From NCBI RefSeq assembly GCF_000315625.1, contig NW_005434548.1:49696-94844 (forward strand): a stretch of 45,149 nucleotides of DNA. Reading direction: 5' to 3'. This document shows positions 12,140 to 22,876 of the stretch, piece after piece. Each line of letters starts with the position of its first letter. Positions within the stretch are counted from its first letter, which is position 1. Under the pieces are notes generated by a model. It was not told where the DNA came from, searched no databases, and saw only the letters and a list, made by a program, of their open reading frames with translations. The position numbers were made by a program, and so were the translations under genes. Source of the DNA: Guillardia theta CCMP2712 (taxonomy: Eukaryota > Protista > Cryptophyta).

Positions 12140-15100
12140 GTCGTCGTCGTCGTCGTCATCGTCATCATCATCATAACCCTAGCATCTTTCAGACTCATCC
12201 TCTCAGTCTCTCAACCTGTCCGGACAGGCCTCAGCTTCCTTGTCCGTCCAGTTTGCCGGGTTCTCCCCGACCCGCAGGCCCTCGAGCCCGGGAGTCCGAG
12301 CAAAAAGAGCAGAGCAGTTCTTTCCGTAGGAGTGAAAGATAACCATCCTCTCGTTGTAGTTCGTCATGTGAGCTGAGAAATCTGGCCGCTCTCCTACATC
12401 CACCCTTCTTCCCGTACCTGGGATCCCCACCTGATCCCTCACCTGGCACGTGAGGTTCCGAGTCCCCCAACAGCTCTCCCCCGGTGTCGTGCAGGCCAGG
12501 TTCAGCTGGGCAGGAGCTGGAGGAAGAGGTTGTTCGTCTTCCTTGCAGGCATCGTCCACCTGGATGTAGTTGACTTCCTTCGTCAGCGCGTTGACGAACC
12601 AGAGCCGGCAGGAGGCATCTTGCCCGCTGCTGCACTGGAGCTCAAGGCCGGTCACTCCAGCTGACCCCGTGCTGAACTCCCCAGGGTCTTCCCAGCTCGG
12701 TCGAAGGCGACGATCCTCCCCGTGTCATAGTCCGAGACGAAGAGGCGACCCTGAGGCGAGAGCGCGAGGCCTGAGGGAGACTGAAGGGAGGAGGTGAAGA
12801 CCTGGGTCACCTGGTAAGAAACGCTCCCTGTCGACCTCTCCTCTCCCCTCCTGCTCTTGCTCTCCCCTGCCCTGCCCTGCCCTGCCCTGCCCTGCCCTGC
12901 CCTGCCCTGCCCTGCCCTGCCCTGCCCTGCCCTCTTCTCCTCTCCTCCTCACCTCACCTCACTCTCCTCCCCTCCCCTCCCCTCCCCTCTTCCCCCCTCC
13001 TCTCCTTACCTCAAACTCGGTGCATCCCCACAGCTCGTACTCGAACGAGTCGCTCGTCTCCGTGAAGGTCGTGTAGCAGCCCAGCCCGTCCTCCATGGCG
13101 CACGGCCCTCCCCGACACCATCCTGATGACGTCATCGGACCAAGACGGGAGAGCAAAAGACGAAGACGAGGAGGGAGGAAGCAGAGGAGGAGGAGGAGGA
13201 GGAGGAGGAGAGGTAGATGAGACAGCAGAGGAGGATTAGTTGGAAGAAGCAAATACAGGATACAGAGAGCGTTCCAGTGAGTAAGGGACGGGGACGGCCA
13301 GGAGGAGGTGGTGCTGCAGGAGGAGGAGCAGAACAAGGAGCAGAGCGAGGAGGAGGAGGGAGGAGGAGAAGGTGCTGCAGCAGCTGCTGCAGGAGGAGGA
13401 GGAGGAGGAGGAGGGCGGATCGCTCTGCTTCTTACCAGCCTCGCAGTTCATGTTGCAGATGTCTGGTCGGCATCCCGTGGCTGTTCCTCCACAAGTGTCG
13501 CTGGACTGACCCTCACAGAATTGCTCGCATTGCGACCTGAAGCACGAGAGTGAGAGAGTGAGAGTGAGAGTGAGAGTGAGAGGGAGGGAGGGAGGGAGGA
13601 AGGGAGGGAGGGAGGGAGGGAAGGTGAGAGGGAGAGAGTAGGGAAGGGCGAGGAGAGAACAAGGGAGGGAAGAGAGAAGGAGTGACATGCAAACGAGAAG
13701 AAGAGAGGGAGTAGACGAAGGAAGAGGGGTAGAGGGTAGAGGAAGGAGGAGGGGTAGGTTCAGCATGTCTAGCACTTGTTCTGGTAGGTAGTCGATCTAT
13801 TTGTGCCGCATGTCCATCTGGAGTTGTGATTCCAGAAACATTCGTCCGGCACACACATCGCTCCTCGAAAGAACTTCCCGCTGTCCGCGTTCACCCGCAG
13901 CACCCGCTTCCCACCTGTTTCCCCCTCCCCACCGTTAGAAGCTGCGCAGGCTCAACGGACCTCCTTGTTCTCGTCCTCGCATGATTTCTCCCTTCCTCTC
14001 GCCACCACCACCACCACCACCACCACCTCCTCCTCCTCCTCCTCCTCCCCCTCCTCACCAGTGTCAGCAACGTAGACATGCCGCGCCTCCGCGTCGACCA
14101 CTATGTGGCCGGGGACGTCTGAGCAAAGAGGTGAGGGGAGGAGGAGGAGGAGGAGGAGGAGGAGGAGGAGGAGGAGAAGGAGGAGGTCTCGGCGAGTACC
14201 GGCGCGACGGCTGATGTCAACATCGACGTACCGACGGATGTTGGCGAAGCGATGATCCATGACCTTGACACCATGCAGAGAGTCCTACATGCCACTTGCT
14301 GTCAGTCTCGCCCTCTTGTCCAAGTTTGACATCCTCTTTGTCAAACTTTCACATCCTCGTCAGTTCTCACTTACCATGTCAAATCGCATTAACTTGCCCC
14401 TCACGCCGTCCACATACCAGACGATGTTCCCTGGGACTCTACTTCTGTTCTGTACGGGAACGTTGAGGCGTGTTGGTCCTGTTGTGGCCTGAAGAGCTCA
14501 AGTCAGAGAGGGCAGGAAGACGTAGAAGATTGAGGGTTGACAAGTGCAACAAACTCGAGCACAAGCTGCGTCAGGCTCTACCTTGCTGTCATGGGCGATG
14601 CCAGTGCATAGAGGAGACTCGTGAAGCATGTCGGAGTGGATGACGAAGCACTGGGACGCCCCCTCGGAGCCAGGAGTGCAGTGGCTGCCGTCATGCGATA
14701 CCATTTGGTTGTCGCAGCCTCCTCCTTCCTTCATCTTGCCATAGCCCCCCTCGCAAGGATAGACTTCGAATGCGCTCGGGCCCTGGAAGTAGTTGGGCCC
14801 CTGCGACCCCGCGTACGTGTTGGTGCTCTCCTGGCAAGTGAAGACAACCTTTCCTTGCTTGTCGAAGGATAGAGCCGCAATATTGTCCATGTAGTGGTAC
14901 GCGGCGCGATCTCGCACTGTGAACGACCTCTGGTCCTTAGTGCCTGCGTTCTCAATGACGAAGAGCCCGCTCGACGTCGCGTCTTTCTTGTCCGCGCTCG
15001 CTACCCAGAGCTCGTTGGGTCTCATAGGATGGAACTGAATGTCTCGGGGGGTAGCGAGGCCTTTCGTGCTGCTCGCTACTGTCACGATCGTTCTTGCGGA

Positions 15101-15217
15101 GCCAAACGGGGGGACGCAAGAGGAACTGGCGCGGGGGAGGGCATGAAGGAGGAGGAGGACGAGAGACAGGACGAGGCTCTCGCGCCATATCTTGCTCGCT
15201 GCGCCCAGGGACAACAT
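9538..15217 (-). CDS. Type I membrane receptor-like protein: signal peptide, NHL/beta-propeller, Cys-rich insert, EGF, CCP/sushi-like, ZU5 with HFS motif, TM helix, short tail
   Basis: N-terminal hydrophobic signal (LVLSLVLLLLHALPRASS). Propeller blades GLATPRDIQFHP..NELWVA, VPGHIVVDAEARHVYVADTGGKRVLRV and LQSPSGLALSPQGRLFVSDY. EGF CLPNPCSHGGTCVNTGARKGFTCSCPSPRAGDRCE (~11570-11680). ZU5 VVGSAGGKVSL..IVIPPNAL...FELSPHGARFLKPVTLNF...VETDHFSRW. TM AWVGFGFLIAFVVLCLTFLAV. Stop at 9538. About 17 exons; one apparent frameshift at ~12680. Confidence 0.8.
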
Positions 15218-15779
15218 GGGGAACTGCAAGGAGACGAAAATCAGAAGCTATCATTCCCCGCGGCAGGCTCCCACCCTCAGCCTGCTATCGGGCTTCACTG
15301 TTTCCCTCCTGCTCTTTTTCATCATCCATGTATCACTCTCCATGGTCACTCCTGCCTTACTAATCTCATCTGAAACTTCCTTCAGACAGCGAATAACTGG
15401 AGTATGCGCGGTACCAGAGAGAATCTCACAACTAACCACCATCATCCTCCAGTCCTGGACTAACTTGCGGACCTGAATGATTTTTTCTTATGTCATTTCA
15501 GCTTGTATGGTTTTTGAACAAGATGGTTTGTGTAACAAACACACATCTGCCCTCCTCGCTCTATCCCTCAGTTCCTTTCTCCCTCTCCTCTCCTCTCCTC
15601 TCCTCTCCTCTCCTCTCCTCTCCTCTCCTCTCCTCTCCTCTCCTCTCCTCTCCTCTCTGAGCCTGTCTCCTCCTCTGTCAAGGCTGGATCAGTGACTCTC
15701 CCCCCAACCCACACCAACTTCACTGGCTCCGCCATTGTCCTTTATAACTTTGACCCCGGTAGAAAAAAAGAATTAGTCA

Positions 15780-16400
15780 ATTGTCAAACTTGTAAGCCGC
15801 CGCGCACGTTGCGGCTGCCGTAAAACTTCTTTACTCAAAGTTAAGTTAAAGATCAGTACGAGGACAATCAGGAGAGTCGAGGAGGCTTGACCCTGACACT
15901 GTCGCACAGGCCAAACGGCGAGAAGAGAAAAGACAGCGAGAACCAAACCCAATCCTGCCGACTGCTGTCCCCCAAACTTAACTGATACCTCCGTAAAACA
16001 GTCCGGGCGGCGAGGACCCGGTGACCCGGTGCCGCAACGGTCAGTGACCGCCGGGCCCCGGCCCTCCCGGTGGCCCCGGTGTCAGACGGTACCGGGGCCC
16101 GGCCTGCCGGCTCGGAGAGTCCGATCTTTTACTTAAAGATAAGTTAAAAACCAGTGAGGCTCGTCACCGTCTCCGGGCCCGGCGGCCCAGCCTGAGTCCA
16201 GCGGGCCGCCGCGCGGGTGACCGCCCGGGGCCTGAGCTGCTCGCCGGGGCGGGCTCACAAGGCGGCCCGGCGCCGCGACAGTCATGATCATTTTGAGTTG
16301 AACATTTGAAATATATTAATCAAATTTACAAATTTTCCACTTTATTTCAAATTTTAAGATTAAATTTCATTTCATGTGATTCAAACTGATTGACAAAAGA
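15780..16400. promoter_or_regulatory. Divergent promoter region between the receptor gene (-) and YAK1 (+): GC-rich island plus AT-rich block
   Basis: CCGG-rich non-coding DNA between divergent genes; two copies of the TTTACTYAAAGWTAAGTTAAA element; AT-rich block at 16290-16390. Confidence 0.45.
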
Positions 16401-17219
16401 GCAACAACGCTTTGTTGACCGACGGGTGGGTGCTCCGGTCAAAAGGGTGGGTAACCAGTTAGAGGAATAGGGGGTGGTCCAACCTCTTCATCACCGGTGC
16501 AAGGTTCCTGAAGTTCTGTGTAGTAAAGGGGGGTGGGGCGTAACGAGAAAGGAGGGGGGGCCTTTAGAGAGGGGGTAGGGGTACACTTGCAATGGGTAGG
16601 TACGAACTAATACAATAAAAGGAGGGGTTGGGGTGGTATGAAGGGGATCACAAACATACCAAGTACCAGGTGTTTTTCACTCAGGAGTAGGGGTATATCG
16701 AGAACCAATGGGGTACAATTGAATATCAAGTACCCCGGCACTGATGTTCCCATCTTTTCCTGGTACGGGTGTAATGACAGTGTATTGGAGGGGTGGTATG
16801 TGGGTTTACTAGGAAGGGGGGTGTAGCAAATGGGGTGGGTGGGTAGTCTGCTGAAGAATTTTATGGTTGCAGGGTGGGTGTAGTAGACTGCGGGTAGGTA
16901 GCATAGAGGGTGATACGCCCGGCAGGTGAAGGTGGGGTGGGTGGTGCTGATTTTAACCGGGGTGAGGGTACCAGATATGCACACGAAAACCTCGAGGTAG
17001 GTGGGTGATATTGCTGAGTAGGGGTATTTCTCCCAGGGATATTTGTAGTAGATAGGGGTGGATATATGGGTTCGCAGGTGGTTTTCTGGAGGTAGGGGTG
17101 GGGATGTAGGGTTCTGGAGTCGGGGTGGGGTAGGTGCATTGAAGGTGGAAGCCATGCAGGCCGAGCGCTTGAGGAGGCAAAGGAGGAGGGAGGAGGAGGG
17201 AGAGGAGGAGGAAGTGAAG

Positions 17220-20200
17220 TATGGAGGGAGCAGTTGAGAGAGATCCAAGGTAGGATGCGTTTCGAGGGACGAGGAGAGATATGACAAGAGCCTGACTGCC
17301 CCAACAAACTTCTTCGTCTACCGATTTGGTTCCTGCGTTGGTAAGGGAAGAGGATCCCCCAGTAGGCAAGTCGCAGAGTGAGGATGGCGTGTTCGGTGAA
17401 CTAGAGAGTCAAAATGAATATGCGCGAACGAGGGATGACGGGCAGAGCTGATCATGGCTCAAGCAGGAAGAAGTTTTCTGTTTGCTCTTGCAGAATCCCA
17501 AATTTGAAGATACTTGATGAAGAGTTCAAGATGAGTGGGTTGTGGGGGAGCTCAAGGGATTCGTTGTCAAGACCATGAATTTGGGACAAGATTGTCACAT
17601 AAGATCGAAGTAGAGATGTTTTGAGAGGTATACCTTGTCATAAAGAGCTGTTGAGGTATCCGCGTATTATCAAGGAAGGGTATACTAAGACATGCTAGTG
17701 GATAAGATGGTGTCTGAGCGATGTTTCACGTTCACCACTTGAGCTGCTGACTGCTGCTCATGGTCTGAATGGGTCTTCCAGGCAGAGTGTGTCTCAGCTT
17801 TCACTCGATGAGCCGGATCCTCGGTGAGTGAACGTATCTCACAGATATATACCGCTAGCGGGCCGACTGCTGAGACCTTGCACAGGTAGAGGTGAAAGCA
17901 ACATCTCCAGCCCATAGCTGTCTGATAGCAGCTCTTCAAAACATCCGAGGCTGATCGTTTGCTCTACCCGAACTGGACAATGACGAGCAAGATATTGACT
18001 TCAGGGAGGGGCAGTCTGTTAAGTGCAACACTGCCACTACTTGGCTGAAGCAGAGGGACATTGGGTTAAATGTCCACCTTATCTCTTCCCTCTGGCCGAT
18101 CGCCTGGAAGCAAGGACCTGGGAGCTCTTGAGATCCAGTTCAGTAGGCTCAATTTCCATCCGTATGGGGATGGTAAGCTTTAGTATTAATTCGTATACAG
18201 TTGCATTGACATGTTGATGTAGAAGACAAGAGCAAATCGAGCTCGAAGGGCAATTCACAAAGTGAGGGAAAGGTCAAGGTGATGATTCCTGAGCTCACAG
18301 GCCCTTCCCCTGTTTTCATTTTCTGAATAATGAAAACAGTCTAGACTTCTTCTCAAGGCTTCTGTGAGCCTTCTCGAAGTTTACAAGACTTGTCGGTGAG
18401 TAGTGTTTGAGCATGAGGGTAGCGATTTCAGTGGAAGCCGTAGGGAATGCAGCTGTTCACTCTTGATGGTAGGTCGGATTTTCGCTACCAAACAAGTTTG
18501 AACCCAAAGAGATGCCTCACAAAGCCCTCGGAAATCGAGGGGGAGGGGCACGACAACAGAGAAGCTGGTTTGCCTGCCAAGGAATCGAAACTTTCTTTGA
18601 CGGACGATGTGTGATTAGATCTTGTGATTTATGTGAACGATGAGCTGGTTTCTTCGACATCTGGGTAATGAGTCCAGGGCGCCTTGTTGTGTGTGACAGT
18701 TCTCCTAGTCGCAAGTATGTTGTGATCGACAAGCTGGGGCAAGGGACCTTTGGACAAGTGATTCTTCGGTGACATAGTGGAATTGTAATGACAATTGTTT
18801 TAGGTGGTGAAATGCCTCGGGGAAAATGATGAGCACTTTGCTGTAAAGGTACAAGAATTTAAGCGCGATGACTCAGTCGGTGGTAAAATGTGCTACTTAG
18901 ATTGTCCGGAACAAACCAGCGTACACGAATCAAGCCCTGGTTGAAAACATGATCCTTTCAATTGTAAGATTTTGAGCGTTGATGGAATTCTATCCAGATG
19001 GTTCAATTAATATGTACTTGTAGATCAACCAGGACAACAGCAATCATATTGTGAAGTATTATGAGGTTACCGATGCAAAGAGAATCAATTTATGTCCTGA
19101 TAGCATTTGCAGTGTTTTACGCACAAGAATCATCTTTGCCTCGTGAGCAAAATGAATCTCTTTGCAGTCTCGAATCATTGGTAACATAATCTCTAGGTCA
19201 CTGAACTTCTGAGTGTGAACCTATACGAGCTTCTACGTCAGGTTGACTCCTGTGCTCGAACGTCTAGAGATTGTAGCAACTTATTTGTGTGTTGCAGAAT
19301 CAATTTCGTGGTCTGTCCATGAACTTGATCAGAGTGATTCTCCGTCAGGTAGATTGACGTCGGGTTTTAGCGAATTGTGACGGTTGATTTCCTTTCCTGG
19401 ACGACATCCATTGCCTGCCACAGTGCTTGGACGCTTTAGCAAAGCTGACTGAGCGAGACATCGTCCACTGCGATCTCAAGGTTGTTCTAGCATCTTGTTC
19501 GTGTAGGCTGTTCTTACTCTTCACGTGTGAAGCCCGAAAATATCATGCTCAAGGCGATGACGTCTCCACAAATCAAAGTGATTGATTTTGGCTCTGCTTG
19601 TTTCGTCAACCAGGTCTTTCAAGGCCGCGGTCCTTATCGTCGGCTCACTTTTCCTCACACAGGCAGTCTACACTTACATTCAGTCAAGATTCTACCGATC
19701 GCCAGAAGTTCTGCTTCGCCTGCCTTACTCTAGTGGGATAGACATGTGGTCACTGGGATGTATCGGAGTTGAGCTCTTCCTCGGCCTGCCTCTTTGGCCG
19801 GGAACGTCAGAGTACAATCAGATGTGCAAGATAATCGAGTCACTCGGGATGCCTCCAAAAGAGATGCTGGACAGGGGGAAATGGACTGATCGATTCTTCA
19901 ATCGATTCACCGACGAGCAGGGGAGGATGGTTTACTCTCTAAAGACACCACAGCAGTTTCAGGACGAAAACGACTGTGAATTGCCAAAGGACAGGAACTA
20001 CTTCAAGTTCAAGATGATCCATGAGCTGATTGAACATTACCCGTTCAAGAAAGGCCTCTCGCCGGAGGAGCTGGACAAAGAGAAAGTCATCCGGCAGAAG
20101 TTTGCTCATTTCTTGAAAGGAGTGCTCGTATATGACACGTACTCGAGATGGACGGCAAAAGAGTGTCTGCAGCATCCTTTCTTCACCTCACAGGAGCACG

Positions 20201-21682
20201 ACCCCAGCTGGAAGCCAGACAGGTCGGAGGAGAGTGGAACCCTCCCGCAGATGATTTCGCATCCTCATGGCAACTTGCGAGCCCGAGCCCGAGAGCACTT
20301 CAGCCTGCATGGCTTCTGCGTGCATGGGTACCCCTTGTCGTTCCATGCAGACGGAGCCTCTTGGCCTGGAATCCCTCCGATGCATGCGGGAGAGTGGTGC
20401 AACTGCTCCAAAGGCTACGGCGAGACCTTCGGCCGCACATCCTCGCTCCTGCAAGCGAGTCCTGGCGGGACCATGTATCCTCCCTGGGCTCCTGGCAGCA
20501 TCGGGCAGCAACGAGGTCTCCCCATGCACAGCCCAGGGTCAGCAGCGTTCAATCCAGGCTCGAGCCCAGGAGTAGCTTCTGGATTCTGGATGGCGCAGGG
20601 GATGGGGGTGTTGGGAATGGCGTCGAACAAAGGGAGTGGGGGGATGAACAAGTCACCTTACGGTTCGCCGACTGACAACTCAGTGCTTGCTGCTCTCTAC
20701 CAGTAACATGCACTTGCCGTCTCTCTCCGTTGCTGACCTCCTCCCCTCCCAGTCAACATGGCGTCGGGTCTCACCCACACTCATCGTCTTGGAACGGCGG
20801 GGGATGGAGCGCACAGCCTGCCTCACGTCCCTCGCACCATCATGTACGTGCTGGAGGTGATGTCACCCCTCCTCCTGACTCTCCGTTGGCAGCTGGACGT
20901 AGCTGGCTCCAGCCCACATTGGAACCACACACATGGACACCATGAGGAGGACGGGCCTCGTTCCCCTAACCACATGCCCCGGTCGTCTCGGGCTCGGAGG
21001 AAGAAGCACGTATGTTGCCCAGCACGAGATGTTAAGGGTTGACGAGTGGCAGGAGCGGAGGAGCAAGGAGAGGAAGGAAGCAGGTTCTAGTCATCCCCAG
21101 TCATCCATAGAAGGGGAGCACGAAATCGTCAGGGAACATGGGTTTCATGTCAAGAATCACTTCCACGCCTCCAGGTACCTTCACCTCTCTTGTCATCAGG
21201 CTCTCTGTTTCGCTGCGGCCCCTTCTCCCCTCTCCTCCCCTCCTCCGTCCCCTGCACTCCCTGGCCTTCTGCCATTCTTGTCTCCCCCTCCTATCTCGCA
21301 ACTTCCTCTACCTCTCCCCCTTCCCTCTATCTCTCCCCCTTCCCTTCCGCCTCTCCTGCCGCCATTGTCGCCCCCCCTGAGAGAGAAGCTGGCAGGCAGC
21401 CGTCAAGCGATTCCAAACGCGAGGGAGGGCATCACAACTCGCATTACACCGCCGACTTGGACGACAGGTGTTGAACAATCTCCGTCTCCGTGACCTCCTG
21501 CCCCTTCTCTCCCTCTCTCCCTCAATCTCCATCCTTTAATCCATCTCCGTCTCCTCCCCCTCCCGTCGCTGCCTCTCACGGCCAAGATCAGTTGTGGAAG
21601 CAGCCTGACAGACTCGCCTCCCTCGCCTACTCCCCTGCAACTGGACCACGGAGGCCTGTTCTCCATGGACGAGGCAACATGA
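17220..21682 (+). CDS. YAK1: YAK1-type DYRK-family Ser/Thr/Tyr protein kinase; multi-exon
   Basis: YAK1-type pre-kinase segment LSVSLLEVYKTC..DFRYQTSLNPKRCLTKPSE..GHDN..DLVIYVNDEL (18350-18660). Kinase motifs LGQGTFGQVVKC, AVKIVRNKPAY, HLCLVTELLSVNLYELL, HCDLKPENI, IDFGSAC, YTYIQSRFYRSPE and IDMWSLGC are spread over short exons. Exons before ~18340 and the start codon are unresolved; predicted stop at 21682. Confidence 0.9.
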
Positions 21683-21729
21683 CTGATCGACAGGTCTTTT
21701 AACATCGGACTGATGAATAAACATGTTGG

Positions 21730-22401
21730 TCAAGGTACTGCCTGGAGACCGCTAACATATCTCAGCAGTTCTCTCCCCATGCCGAGATAGGCGCGAGAGG
21801 ACTTCCTCCTCGTCCTCACCAGCACATCCATCCAGTATTGCCTGTCATGGACCCGCCGCAGTAACGCGCGTCTGCTCGGTCGGTGTCTGCGATCACCTGC
21901 ACTCCTCGTCACTTCACTAGCGAGCCCCTGCTCCTTCCGCTCCTCACCTGCTTCTCCTGCGCCATCATCTGCTTGTACGCGTTCTTGCCCAGAGCTCTCC
22001 GCTCGTCGGCATCGATGCCTGTAGTCGCCGACATCAGCTGAGTCGTAAAATCGCCTGCTCCACCCCCCAGCCTCCCTCTCCGCTCTCTGACTCTTTCTTG
22101 CTCCTCCCACTCATTGCCTCGCCACTTGGATCCCTGCCTTATTACTATCTCATCTCCTCATCTCATCTCTTCATCTCATCTCTTCATCTCATCTCTTCAT
22201 CTCATCTCTTCATCTCATCTCCTCATCATCATTCCCATGTACTATCGCAGTCTTCATCCTTCAAATCCTCTTACTCTCATTCCATTCCCCTTTCTGAGAT
22301 TTTCTTTGCAGGGAATTCCTCCTTCCCAATCATCACCCTCGTCCTCGACCCTGCCCTCGACCACTGCCTCAACTTCGTCCTTCCCTTCATCCTCGTCCTC
22401 A

Positions 22402-22442
<41 letters not shown>

Positions 22443-22492
22443 CTCCTCGTCTCACCATTCCCGGCGATCTTCTCCTTCAACAACGAAAGCAT
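21730..22492 (-). CDS. Small hypothetical protein (~77 aa, 5 exons)
   Basis: GT-AG splicing gives MLSLLKEKIAGNVVEGRVEDEGIDADERRALGKNAYKQMMAQEKQVIADTDRADARYCGGSMTGNTGWMCCGLQAVP* with consistent intron phases. No homology recognised. Confidence 0.5.
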
Positions 22493-22682
22493 CTCCAAGT
22501 GTCAGGTTGCACCCCCACCCCCTCAAGTATCACCAAACAACCCCACCCTCTCTCACTGATTACCACTACCCGTCCGTTTCTCCTTTTCATCACCGGGTCT
22601 TTGGATGGACCCCCCTCACCCCCCTTTTGACTCAATACTACCCCACCCTCTATCTCCTTTCAACGGACATCATCGACCAGCA

Positions 22683-22733
22683 ATGTCGGGAAAAGCGATC
22701 AGCGAAAGTTTCGACACTTACACGAAGATGTGA

Positions 22734-22773
<40 letters not shown>

Positions 22774-22823
22774 ATGATGATGATGATGATGGAGATGATG
22801 ATGATGATGATGATGATGATGAC

Positions 22824-22876
<53 letters not shown>

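Noticed and set aside
16607-17369. Pro/Thr/Tyr-rich minus-strand ORFs
   Set aside because: Compositional by-product of the G-skewed tract; no domain signal.
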